Shown here piece by piece: positions 9,676 through 19,280 of a stretch of 64,000 nt of DNA. Location: the NCBI GenBank assembly GCA_944385895.1, contig CALWYZ010000011.1, positions 1,173-65,172 on the forward strand, read 5' to 3'. The translations under genes and the position numbers were made by a program. The notes beneath the pieces are model-generated. The model was not told the origin of the DNA and did no database searches. It worked only from the letters and a program-made list of their open reading frames with translations. The stretch is from an uncultured Clostridia bacterium. Its GTDB lineage: Bacteria; Bacillota; Clostridia; Oscillospirales; QAKW01. Position 1 is the first letter of the stretch. Every line of letters starts with the position of its first letter.

Positions 9676-11131
9676 CAGCTTGTTCCCCCTCGGTTTTTAC
9701 ATATTCCGAAACCGGAATTTCCTTTGCGTCCGCCCACAGCCGTTCAAGTTTATAATACTCACGCGCATCTTTATAAAATACATGAATTATAACACTGCCG
9801 TAATCAAGAAGCACCCATGTCGAATTGCCGTAGCCCTCTATGTGCAGCGGCTCTATTCCATGCTTTGACAGCTCGTATTCCACATCACCCGCAAGCGCTT
9901 TTACCTGCGTGTTTGACATACCGGTGCATATGATGAAATAATCAGCCATCACCGTTATATCCTCAACTTTCAAAATCTGTATTTCTCTGCCTTTTTTCTT
10001 AAATATAGTATTTACGGCAATATCCAAAATTTGTTCCGTCTGAGTCATTGTACATTCCTTTCTCAAATAGTCACGCGCCTCTAAGGTCTGCTCATTCATA
10101 TTGAGTCCGCGCTGTTTTATATACTCTATCAGTCTGTCAAAAGACATAAGAAGTGCTTTGTCAATATTAATCTGTGCTGCCTTACGGATAGCCTCGACCT
10201 GAGGATAAGTGCGGCGCGGCTCGATAGAATCAGCAAGACATATCAGTTTTTCCAGTCTGCTCATGCCCGCTCTGCCGGTAGTATGATAACGCACTGCGTT
10301 GAGGATATCCTGATCTTCTATATTAAATTGATGCTTTGCAAAATGCGCTCCGCTTATCTGGTGATAAATTTTAGGCGTTTCAAATTCGCTTTTTGTAAGT
10401 TTGATATCGTTTTTTTCAAAATACTCAAGCTGCTGACTGTCATTCATATATTTTGTACAGTCGTGTGCAAGTGCGGCAATATACGCTTTAAACGGATCGA
10501 CCCCATGAATAGCTGCAAGCTTTAAAGCATAATCTGCTACACTGTTAACATGTTCATATCTGTCTGAGCTGAGATTATTTTTGTTATGTGTGTCTATCGC
10601 TTTTACAAGCGGTGAGCGAAGCTGAGAAGATGACAGTTCTATAACGTCTATATCATATATTATAATACTGCAATTATATTTTTTTTCAAGATAATCTTTA
10701 TATTCATGGATTTTACCGATATCTTCTTTTGACCTTGCAGCGCTTATAATAACGGCCCGTCTCAGAATCTCTTCAAAATCACGCCACCGTTCTATTGACA
10801 GCAGCATATCGCTTCCGACAAGCAGATACAATTTTTCATCAGGATACATCTCGTTCAGAATACGCAGAGTATCCACTGTATAGCTTTTGCCTTCGCGTCT
10901 GTTCTCTATATCAGATACAGTAACATTTTTCATGTCGGAAAACATTTTTTTGACAAGTTCAAACCGTTGCTTGAAATCATCGCCGTCGATATCCCGCACC
11001 TTATGCGGCGGAATCTTTGCGGGGATCACTACAGCTCTGTCATAACCATGCTGCATCACACATTGAAGCAGATGCTTATGTCCCTGATGCGGAGGGTCAA
11101 ACGTACCGCCGAAAACAACAGTCTTTATCAT
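9665..11131 (-). CDS. nadD: single-ORF triple fusion: nicotinate-nucleotide adenylyltransferase (NadD) + HD-domain YqeK (Ap4A hydrolase family) + ribosome silencing factor RsfS
   Basis: aa 1-185: [11 protein letters not shown] (NadD). aa ~190-365: [13 protein letters not shown]...ALAHDCTKY...YHTTGR (YqeK HD domain). aa ~370-488: [18 protein letters not shown]...[14 protein letters not shown]...YYKLERLW (RsfS). The frame is uninterrupted over 488 aa. Confidence 0.85.
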   Translation of the reverse strand: MIKTVVFGGTFDPPHQGHKHLLQCVMQHGYDRAVVIPAKIPPHKVRDIDGDDFKQRFELVKKMFSDMKNVTVSDIENRREGKSYTVDTLRILNEMYPDEKLYLLVGSDMLLSIERWRDFEEILRRAVIISAARSKEDIGKIHEYKDYLEKKYNCSIIIYDIDVIELSSSQLRSPLVKAIDTHNKNNLSSDRYEHVNSVADYALKLAAIHGVDPFKAYIAALAHDCTKYMNDSQQLEYFEKNDIKLTKSEFETPKIYHQISGAHFAKHQFNIEDQDILNAVRYHTTGRAGMSRLEKLICLADSIEPRRTYPQVEAIRKAAQINIDKALLMSFDRLIEYIKQRGLNMNEQTLEARDYLRKECTMTQTEQILDIAVNTIFKKKGREIQILKVEDITVMADYFIICTGMSNTQVKALAGDVEYELSKHGIEPLHIEGYGNSTWVLLDYGSVIIHVFYKDAREYYKLERLWADAKEIPVSEYVKTEGEQADEI

Positions 11132-11415
11132 AATCCGAGCAGATTGTCATCTGATCTGCGATAAAGTACAGCTTTACTTCCGATTACTGTCACGACCTGA
11201 GCTCCGATTTCCGACGCGACGGTATCCGCCGCATCTTTTACGCTTATAAGCGCGTTTTCAAGCACCTTAAACTTTACAATTTCACGCGCCGCCACCGCGG
11301 TATCGACCGCTTTTATAAAGCTGTCGGTTATTCCGTCCTTGCCAAGCTGTAAAATCGTATCCTCTTTTGATGCAACACCCTTAAGATATGCTCTTTGTTT
11401 ACTTGTAAGACTCAT
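11128..11415 (-). CDS. yhbY: YhbY/YqeI CRM-domain RNA-binding protein (ribosome assembly)
   Basis: LTSKQRAYLKGVA...ILQLGKDGITDSFIKAVDTAVAAREIVKFKV. ATGA-type 4-nt overlaps on both sides. Confidence 0.85.
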   Translation of the reverse strand: MSLTSKQRAYLKGVASKEDTILQLGKDGITDSFIKAVDTAVAAREIVKFKVLENALISVKDAADTVASEIGAQVVTVIGSKAVLYRRSDDNLLGL

Positions 11416-12716
11416 AATTTCTCCTTGATTTTCTCGGAAAATTTTTCAAGCGCTCTTGCACGGTGAGATACCGCGTCTTTTTCAGCCGCGCTCATTTGGC
11501 CGAAGGTCTGTGTATATCCCTGCGGGATAAAAGCCGGGTCGTATCCGAAGCCCTCATTTCCTGCGGGTTTGTCGGAAATTGTGCCGTTTACCGTTCCTGT
11601 CACTGTAAAACTGTCATCGTCTGACATGACACAAGCTATAGCGCATACAAATCTTGCTGTACGTACTGTTTTGTCACGCATATTTTCAAGCAAAAGTTCC
11701 AGCCGCGATTTATCATCAGGCATATCTCCGTAACGTGCGGAGTATATTCCCGGTGCTCCGTCGAGCGCGTCAACGCAAAGGCCGCTGTCATCAGCTACTG
11801 TCGGTATTTTGGCTGTATCGTAAAACGCTTTTGCTTTTATTAGCGCATTCTGTTCAAAGCTGTCGCCGTTTTCATCCGGCTGACAGTTTATACCCAGTTC
11901 GTTGGGTGTGACAAGTGACAAACCGTGCTTTTCAAAAATACGCTTAAACTCGTCAACCTTATGCGAGTTGTTTGTTGCTATAAGAAACATTTTATTTTTG
12001 TTTTCAGAAAGAGCAACGGACTGGGCGGCAAAAAGCCTTTGCATTTTACGCTCCGCCAGGTCCAACATAATTTCCGTTTCTTTGCGTGTGAGTTCTCTTC
12101 CCTCTGCAGTGCCCTGTATTTCCACAAAACCGCCGGTTGATGTCATAATAACATTCATATCCGTTTGGGCAGAGCTGTCCTCTTTATAACACAGATCACA
12201 CAAGATTGCATCATCGACAATACCCACCGACAGTGCCGCCACCTGCTTTGTTATAGGATTTTCTTTGAGCACGCCCTCAGCCATAAGCTTTCTGACGGCA
12301 AGCGCCAAAGCTACAAATCCGCCCGTTATAGACGCACAGCGGGTGCCGCCGTCTGCCTGTATGACATCACAGTCAACAACTATACTGCGCTCACCCAGTT
12401 TTTCAAGATCAACAGCACCGCGCAAGGCTCTGGCAATCAGACGCTGGATCTCCGTACTGCGCGGCGAAAGCTTCAGTCTGGATATATCACGCGGGTTTCT
12501 TGTTGAAGTAGCTCTGGGCAGCATGGAATATTCAGCTGTGACCCAGCCTTTCCCCGTGCCAAGCACATGAGGAGGGACTCTGTCCTCCACACTCGCGTTA
12601 CACAGTACCACCGTATTGCCCTGGCGGTACAAAACGCTGCCCTCGGCATATAAGGTATAATTTGTTTTTATTTCAATTTCACGGACATCATCATTTGTCC
12701 TTCCGTCAATTCGCAT
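11412..12716 (-). CDS. rph: bifunctional RNase PH / RdgB-Ham1 (dITP/XTP pyrophosphatase) fusion
   Basis: The N-terminal ~238 aa are RNase PH (RIDGR...AEYSMLPRAT...QADGGTR). The C-terminal ~190 aa are Ham1/RdgB (LIATNNSHKVDEF...ADDSGLCVDALDGAPGIYSARY...GFGYDP...SHRARA). Confidence 0.88.
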   Translation of the reverse strand: MRIDGRTNDDVREIEIKTNYTLYAEGSVLYRQGNTVVLCNASVEDRVPPHVLGTGKGWVTAEYSMLPRATSTRNPRDISRLKLSPRSTEIQRLIARALRGAVDLEKLGERSIVVDCDVIQADGGTRCASITGGFVALALAVRKLMAEGVLKENPITKQVAALSVGIVDDAILCDLCYKEDSSAQTDMNVIMTSTGGFVEIQGTAEGRELTRKETEIMLDLAERKMQRLFAAQSVALSENKNKMFLIATNNSHKVDEFKRIFEKHGLSLVTPNELGINCQPDENGDSFEQNALIKAKAFYDTAKIPTVADDSGLCVDALDGAPGIYSARYGDMPDDKSRLELLLENMRDKTVRTARFVCAIACVMSDDDSFTVTGTVNGTISDKPAGNEGFGYDPAFIPQGYTQTFGQMSAAEKDAVSHRARALEKFSEKIKEKL

Positions 12717-12732
12717 TTATACTCCCCCCGTA

Positions 12733-13641
12733 TCAGTCAAACAGTGCGTCGGCAAACTGACGTGCCGAAAATTCCTGCATATCATCCATCTGCTCTCCGA
12801 CTCCTATGAACTTTATCGGCAGGTCATACTCACACATAAGCGCTATCGCCATTCCGCCCTTTGCCGTACCGTCCAGCTTAGTAAGCACAGCGCCTGTAAG
12901 ATCTGCCGCCTTGTTAAATTCACGTGCCTGATTTAAAGCGTTTTGTCCGGTCGTGGCGTCCAGCACAAGCAAAGACTCAATATCACATCCCTGCATCTGA
13001 GTTGAAATGACCTTATATATTTTTTTCAGCTCGTTCATAAGATTTACCTTATTATGCAGACGACCCGCTGTATCACAGATGATTATATCTGCACCTCTGG
13101 CCTTGGCAGCGCTTATGGTATCAAATACGACAGCTGCCGGATCCGCACCCTGAACGGATTTTATGATGTCTGCACCGACTCTGTCAGCCCATGTTTCAAG
13201 CTGCTCTCCCGCCGCTGCACGGAAAGTATCCGCCGCGCCGAAAATAACCTTTTTGCCGCGGCTGATATACAAATGTGCAAGCTTTGCCGCAGTAGTGGTT
13301 TTTCCGACGCCGTTTACTCCTATCAGCAGAATTATACTCGGTTTGGTGTTAAGGTTTACCGTGCTCTGACGGCTTTCAAGCATCTCGCTTATAACCGACT
13401 TCAATTCATCACGCACCGCTGCCGGGTCCTTTATCTTTTTTTCTTTTACGTTTTGCTTGACACGGTCTATGATTTTAAGAGCTGTCTCAACTCCTATATC
13501 CGCCATTATAAGCGCTTCTTCAAGCTCCTCATACAGATCATCACTTATCACGCCGAATGCCGACAAGACATTATCAAGCGTACCGCCCAGTGCAGATTTT
13601 GTCTTTGACAAGCCGTTTTTTATCTTTTCAAAAAATCCCAT
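12733..13641 (-). CDS. ftsY: signal recognition particle receptor FtsY (NG domain only)
   Basis: GVNGVGKTTTAAKLA, DTAGRL, TKLDGTAKGG. The start codon overlaps the smc stop codon (TAATG). Confidence 0.94.
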   Translation of the reverse strand: MGFFEKIKNGLSKTKSALGGTLDNVLSAFGVISDDLYEELEEALIMADIGVETALKIIDRVKQNVKEKKIKDPAAVRDELKSVISEMLESRQSTVNLNTKPSIILLIGVNGVGKTTTAAKLAHLYISRGKKVIFGAADTFRAAAGEQLETWADRVGADIIKSVQGADPAAVVFDTISAAKARGADIIICDTAGRLHNKVNLMNELKKIYKVISTQMQGCDIESLLVLDATTGQNALNQAREFNKAADLTGAVLTKLDGTAKGGMAIALMCEYDLPIKFIGVGEQMDDMQEFSARQFADALFD

Positions 13642-16600
13642 TAAAGTTTAAGCTGCCTTTCCATTTCATTTACATCGATTGTCAAAAGTTTTGAAATACC
13701 TTTTTCCTGCATTGTCACTCCGTACAGAACATCGGCAGACTCCATGGTGCCGCGCCGGTGAGTGATAACAATAAACTGTGTCTTATCGCAGAAATCGCGA
13801 AGTTTATATGCAAACTTATTTACATTAACGTCGTCAAGCGCCGCTTCTATCTCGTCCATGATACAAAACGGAGTCGGTCGTATGCGCAGTATTGCAAAAT
13901 ACAGCGCGATCGCGGTAAACGCCTGCTCACCGCCCGAAAGCGAAACTATGTTTTTAATTATTTTTCCCGGAGGCGCGACGCGTATGTCTATGCCGCAGCC
14001 CAGGACATCGTCCGGATCAAGCAATATAAGCTCAGCCTTACCGCCTCCGAACATTTCGGAAAATGTGCGGGAAAATTCGTTGTTCAATCTGGTAAAGTTT
14101 TCGGTGAATATTTGAGTCATCTGACTGAGCAGTTCTCGGATTATTTTTTGAAGCTGTGACTTTGAATTTTTCAAATCCGTCATCTGTCCGTCCAGAAAAT
14201 CAAAACGTTCTTTCACCTTGTCATATTCTTCAATGGCATCTGTATTGACACTTCCCAGAGCACGTATAGCATTTTTCAGCTCGGTTACACGCCTGCGTGC
14301 CTCTGCCTGATTTTCAAGCGGCTTTGCAAGTTCGCCCGCCTCTGTGACTGTAAGCTCATACTCGGACAGACGATCGATAATCCTTCCGTTTTGTTCAGAA
14401 ATGCCGGCTATCTGATTTTCCAGGCGAGTGACCTCCTGAAGAAGTCTTTCCTTTGTTGCAAGACTGTCTTTTTGTCGTGAACGAAACGCAGTCTGTTCTG
14501 TTTCTGACGCATTTCTCTTGTCTATAAGTTCACTTATTTTAGTATTTCCGTCCGACTGCATTTTTTCCATGTCGGCGCTGTCCTGATTAAGCTGTTCTAT
14601 CTCTCTTTGATTTTTCTCAATATTTTGGCGTGCTGTATTCAGCTGAGCCTCTCTGTCCTGGTTTTGGCTTCCGTATGACAGCAGCTGACTCTCAAGCTGT
14701 TCTATAACCTGTTTTTCCGTTTCTATGTCCTTAAATATACCCATTTTACGCATATCATTTTCAGATATTTTGGCAGACAGCTTTTCCACACGCATATTTT
14801 CCTCTTCCGTCTTACCGGAAAGAGAGCCCAGAGAACTGTCGATTTCTCCTATTTTAAGGTTAAGCTTTAACATTTGGCCGTCAAGAGAATTTAAAAGTTC
14901 ATCATCAGAATCAATAGACTCATTTAAAGATGCAAGTTCTTTTTCACAGCCTGAAATAAGTTCGTTATACGAATCTATAACAACTTTCTTACTGTCACGC
15001 AGATCATTTATACGATTAAGTTCTTCATCCAGCACGCGGACCTCTGATTCCACACCTTCCAGGCGTGCGGCGAGCTCATTTCGCTCCGACTCGGATTTTG
15101 CAAACCCGGTTTCAAAATCCGCAAGCCTTTCACGTTCTATACGCAGCTGTTCTTTCAGACGCTCTATTTCATGCATACGCGAAAGCAGTCCGGTACTCTT
15201 GGCAGTAGAGCCGCCTGTCATGGACCCGCCCGCATTGACAATCTGCCCATCAAGCGTGACCGCCTTGTATTTGGCGTTCATCCTGCGCGATACTTCTACG
15301 GCATCATCGATTGTTTCACAAACAATCGTCCTGCCAAGAAGAAACTGCGCAACTTTTTTGCCGGCGCTGTCTGAGGTCTCAACAAGCTCGTGAGCGATTC
15401 CTACAATACCGCTGCCCTCAAGCTCAGTCCTGCTAATGGGACGCGGCTTGATTTCGGTGAGAGGAAGAAACGTGGCACGTCCGGCACGGCTGTTTTTGAG
15501 AAGCAGCATGGCGTCTTTTGCGCTTTTTGCATTATCCGTGACAATATTTTGTATCGCATTTCCCAGCGCAGTCTCGATGGCAATTATGTATTTTTCATCA
15601 ACTCTGATGAGCTGGGAGACTGTGCCCAAAACCCCGTGCAATGTTTTACGCCTGCTGTTTTCCAGTACCGTCTTTACACTGCCTGCAAATCCGTCAAGAT
15701 GTTTTTCCATATCGGACAGTATTTTAAGGTTTTGCTCTTTTGCGTATATTTGACCGTTAAGTTTATCAAGCTGTATTTTTTTCTCGTCATAATGTCTCTG
15801 CTTTATTTCAAGCATCTTTTTGTATCCAGAGACAGTGTTTTCAAGAGCTGATTTACCGGCCGTCTTGCTTTCATACTCCTTGTCAAGCAACTCTGCCTGT
15901 GATAAAAGCTCACTGTTTGAGCCGCGCCGCGTTTCAAGCTCTTTTTCCAGATCCGATCGCCGCAAAAGCTTTGCATCCTTGCCGGCCTGGCAAGAAATAC
16001 GTTGTATATTCAAAGCATTATACTGCTGGGACATTGAAAGCCTGCTCTCACTGAGAGTATCTATTCTGTTACGGACGTCCTGTCCGCTTTTATTTATCAG
16101 CTCAAGCTCTTCATTAAGTTCGGCAGTCTCCTTTTCTATCTGAGCTATTGACTGTGTTTTCTGGGATATAGAGCTGTTGCGCTCGTTTATACGCGCGCGT
16201 AAATCTTCCTCTCTGCGGTTTGCCGCACTCAGTTCATTTTCTATCTTACCGATATTTTCCCGTTCAAAGCCTATACCCGTTTCAAGCACGGCTATACGAG
16301 AAGCAATAGCGCTTTTTTTCTCTTCAAACTCCGACAGCTTTGAACGAATCTGTTCTATTTCCACATTTATTTGCCTATTTCGTTCAAAAACCGAGTTTAT
16401 TTCCGATTCCAGATTATTGATTTCAACAGTTACATCCTCAAGATTGCCCTTGGCTATATTAAACTTATCTTCAAGATTTTTAGCATTCTGGTGTATTTTT
16501 TCCAGTTCGGATATCCAAAGAGAAATTTCAAGACTTTTTTTCTCGTCATACATGACAAGAAATTTTTTTGCCTTATTACTCTGGTTTTCAAGTGACGGCA

Positions 16601-17213
16601 GACGTGATTCAAGCTCCGACACAATATCCTGAAGACGCAAAAGATTTTCTTCCGTGGCGTCAAGCTTGCGCTGTGCCTCGTTTTTACGGTAACGGTATTT
16701 GGATATACCCGCCACCTCTTCTATTATCTGACGGCGGTCCTCACTTTTATGGGACAGTATCTCTGCTATCCTGCCCTGACCTATTATGGAATACCCGTCC
16801 CGTCCGATTCCGGTATCCATGAAAAGCTCATGGATATCCTTAAGTCTTGTCGGAGTTTTATTAATAAAGTACTCGCTTTCTCCGCTGCGGTAATAGCGTC
16901 TTGTGATTGTAACCTCGCTGTAATCCACGTCAAGCGCCATATCGCTGTTATCAATAGTCAAGCTCACCTGAGCAAAGCCCTGAGGCTTGCGCTTAGTTGT
17001 ACCGGTAAATATTACATCTTCCATTTTTGAACTGCGCAGCGTCTTATTTGACTGTTCTCCCAGCACCCATCGTATAGCGTCGGAGACATTGCTTTTTCCC
17101 GAACCGTTCGGGCCTACGATAGCGGTAATGCCGCTGCCGAACTCAATTTTTATTTTATCCGGGAAGGATTTAAAGCCCTGAAGCTCAAGACTTTTTAAAA
17201 TCAAATTTTTCAC
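13641..17213 (-). CDS. smc: chromosome segregation protein SMC
   Basis: 1190 aa. N-terminal Walker A GPNGSGKSN, long coiled coils, a hinge region, and C-terminal LSGGEQAFTAIAL plus Walker B. Confidence 0.96.
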   Translation of the reverse strand: MKNLILKSLELQGFKSFPDKIKIEFGSGITAIVGPNGSGKSNVSDAIRWVLGEQSNKTLRSSKMEDVIFTGTTKRKPQGFAQVSLTIDNSDMALDVDYSEVTITRRYYRSGESEYFINKTPTRLKDIHELFMDTGIGRDGYSIIGQGRIAEILSHKSEDRRQIIEEVAGISKYRYRKNEAQRKLDATEENLLRLQDIVSELESRLPSLENQSNKAKKFLVMYDEKKSLEISLWISELEKIHQNAKNLEDKFNIAKGNLEDVTVEINNLESEINSVFERNRQINVEIEQIRSKLSEFEEKKSAIASRIAVLETGIGFERENIGKIENELSAANRREEDLRARINERNSSISQKTQSIAQIEKETAELNEELELINKSGQDVRNRIDTLSESRLSMSQQYNALNIQRISCQAGKDAKLLRRSDLEKELETRRGSNSELLSQAELLDKEYESKTAGKSALENTVSGYKKMLEIKQRHYDEKKIQLDKLNGQIYAKEQNLKILSDMEKHLDGFAGSVKTVLENSRRKTLHGVLGTVSQLIRVDEKYIIAIETALGNAIQNIVTDNAKSAKDAMLLLKNSRAGRATFLPLTEIKPRPISRTELEGSGIVGIAHELVETSDSAGKKVAQFLLGRTIVCETIDDAVEVSRRMNAKYKAVTLDGQIVNAGGSMTGGSTAKSTGLLSRMHEIERLKEQLRIERERLADFETGFAKSESERNELAARLEGVESEVRVLDEELNRINDLRDSKKVVIDSYNELISGCEKELASLNESIDSDDELLNSLDGQMLKLNLKIGEIDSSLGSLSGKTEEENMRVEKLSAKISENDMRKMGIFKDIETEKQVIEQLESQLLSYGSQNQDREAQLNTARQNIEKNQREIEQLNQDSADMEKMQSDGNTKISELIDKRNASETEQTAFRSRQKDSLATKERLLQEVTRLENQIAGISEQNGRIIDRLSEYELTVTEAGELAKPLENQAEARRRVTELKNAIRALGSVNTDAIEEYDKVKERFDFLDGQMTDLKNSKSQLQKIIRELLSQMTQIFTENFTRLNNEFSRTFSEMFGGGKAELILLDPDDVLGCGIDIRVAPPGKIIKNIVSLSGGEQAFTAIALYFAILRIRPTPFCIMDEIEAALDDVNVNKFAYKLRDFCDKTQFIVITHRRGTMESADVLYGVTMQEKGISKLLTIDVNEMERQLKL

Positions 17214-17263
17214 ATCCTAACAGTGGTTATATGAATCCATATGCTGTGGGTATTATACCTTAT

Positions 17264-18247
17264 TTACTGTCTGTTTTCAACTTCTTTTTCAAGATAAGCA
17301 CACAGTAGTTCTACAGCAGCCCGGATATCTTTTTTTGCCGCGGTTTCTGCTCCGGTATGAACATTTCTGACAGCTACGCTCACACCGCCGACAATCACAC
17401 CCCTTCCGCACATCTGAACTGCGCCTATATCAGTTCCGCCGGCGGTCAGGACATCTCTCTGATAAGGAATTTGTCTTTCAGCCGCGATATTTTCAAGCTC
17501 ATCTACCAGAGCTTTATTGCATATTGCTGAGGAATCTCGTACCTTTATCCCGGCGCCTCCCCCGAGCTTGCAGCCATAATCATCACAGCCCGGTGTATCA
17601 GCCGCAATCGTCACGTCAACTGCAATAGCAATATCGGGATTAATGTCAAAGCCAGATACTTTAGCACCTCGAAGTCCGACTTCTTCCTGAGATGAAAAAA
17701 CAAAATACACCTCATTGTCTGTTGCTTTCATTTTTTTAAGCGTCTCCATAAGTATATAGCAGCCCAGACGATCATCAAGCGCACCTGATACTATAACATT
17801 CTCGTTATCATAAAATCCGCAGTCAAACTTGGCGGTCATACCTATATCTATTTTTGAAAGTGTTTCATCGCGTGAGCAGCTGCCTATATCTACATAGCAG
17901 TCCTGAATTTTTCCATCTTTTTTTTCACAGACAAACACACCCTTTATTCCGTTTTCAAACGCAACATGGCAGTTGTTGAAGTTATGAGGATCAACGCCGC
18001 CCACAGAGGACACTCTTATAAAGCCCTTTTCATCAACAAAAGTACATACTATGCCTATCTGGTCTGTATGCGCCATGAGCATTATACGTTTTCCGCCGCC
18101 GCGCTTTACCGCCACCAGATTGCCCAAAACATCGGTATATACCTTATCGGAATAAGAAAGTATCTGAGATTTTATATATTCACAAACATTTTTTTCGTTA
18201 CCGGAAACACCGTTTATAGATACAAGATTTTTTATGCTTTCTGTCAT
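17264..18247 (-). CDS. M42 family metallopeptidase (TET/FrvX/YsdC-like), paralog 3
   Basis: Metal-site motifs AHTDQIG, LDDRLGC, SSQEEVGLRGA, AVDVT, RNVHT. Confidence 0.85.
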   Translation of the reverse strand: MTESIKNLVSINGVSGNEKNVCEYIKSQILSYSDKVYTDVLGNLVAVKRGGGKRIMLMAHTDQIGIVCTFVDEKGFIRVSSVGGVDPHNFNNCHVAFENGIKGVFVCEKKDGKIQDCYVDIGSCSRDETLSKIDIGMTAKFDCGFYDNENVIVSGALDDRLGCYILMETLKKMKATDNEVYFVFSSQEEVGLRGAKVSGFDINPDIAIAVDVTIAADTPGCDDYGCKLGGGAGIKVRDSSAICNKALVDELENIAAERQIPYQRDVLTAGGTDIGAVQMCGRGVIVGGVSVAVRNVHTGAETAAKKDIRAAVELLCAYLEKEVENRQ

Positions 18248-18260
18248 TACTAAGCCCTCC

Positions 18261-19280
18261 TTATACGTTGAGCATTTTATTTAGCAGCGCAAAAACCAGC
18301 CGCTCTGTATTGTCTATATCCTTAAGCGAAGCCACACCGGTAACGGTATGCAAATAGCGTACCGCAACGCTTATCGCAAGTGCAGACGCGCCTGAAGCGG
18401 TCCGCTGTATCCTACCGGAATCGTTACCGCCGGCCACAGCCTGCTTCATCTGATACGGTATTGAGCGCTGTCGGGCGGCATTGCAGGCAAGTTTTATAAA
18501 ATCACGGTCGTAAATAGTACTGCTGTCCATAAAGGATATGACAGGTCCACTTCCCACCCGACATACGCTTGTTTTATCTTTATTGTCTGAAATATCGGCG
18601 GCAGTCGTTGCCTCCACCACAATAGAATAGTCCGGTTTTATTTCAAAAGCGGCGCATCCCGCTCCTATACAGCCTATTTCCTCCATTACCGTGAAGGCAA
18701 AATACATATCAAACGGCAGTTCCTCTTTTATAAGGTTGGTCAATATCTGACAGCCTATTCTGTCGTCCAACGCCTTGGCACGTACAAGACCGTCTCCGAA
18801 CTCCGCATAATCGGACCTAAAGCCTATCACATCGCCTTGTGCGACATATTTAAGTGCGTCTTCCTTATCGGCGGCGCCGATATCTATATACAAATCTTCT
18901 GTCTTTTTTACAGTATCCCTGTCGGATTTTTTCATTAAATGGGGCGCCATCTGTCCGATAACCCCGGGTATTTTACGGCGGCCTATCGCCACATGCTTTC
19001 CACACAGAGTACGTGTATCAATACCGCCAATAGTGTCAAACCTGATATATCCCTGATCGGTGACATCAGTAAGAATCATTCCCACCTCGTCCATATGCGC
19101 CGACAGCATCACCGTAGCGGGAGGTTCGTACTTGCCTTTTTTGAACGCTATGATATTGCCTAATTTATCTACTTTTGTGTCGGCATAAGAGGATATCTCG
19201 TTCAAAATGGCACGGCGGATATCCCCCTCGCTTCCGGAAGTGCCGAAAAGAGATGTATAATAGCTGAGTAATTTATTCAA
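18261..19280 (-). CDS. M42 family metallopeptidase, paralog 2
   Basis: AHMDEVG, LDDRIGC, MEEIGCIGA, RYLHT. I prefer the TTG at 19280, preceded by GAGGAGGG. The track ATG at 19331 has no RBS and would overlap the upstream gene by 59 nt. Confidence 0.8.
   Translation of the reverse strand: MNKLLSYYTSLFGTSGSEGDIRRAILNEISSYADTKVDKLGNIIAFKKGKYEPPATVMLSAHMDEVGMILTDVTDQGYIRFDTIGGIDTRTLCGKHVAIGRRKIPGVIGQMAPHLMKKSDRDTVKKTEDLYIDIGAADKEDALKYVAQGDVIGFRSDYAEFGDGLVRAKALDDRIGCQILTNLIKEELPFDMYFAFTVMEEIGCIGAGCAAFEIKPDYSIVVEATTAADISDNKDKTSVCRVGSGPVISFMDSSTIYDRDFIKLACNAARQRSIPYQMKQAVAGGNDSGRIQRTASGASALAISVAVRYLHTVTGVASLKDIDNTERLVFALLNKMLNV

Noticed and set aside
13758-17181. Many + strand ORFs inside smc, for example 14725-15393 (222 aa, Ser-rich) and 16177-16632.
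   Set aside because: These are mirror-frame artefacts of a long coiled-coil gene rich in E/K/L/Q codons. They are Ser/Phe/Leu-rich, lack RBSs, and lie fully within a confident 1190-aa SMC ORF.
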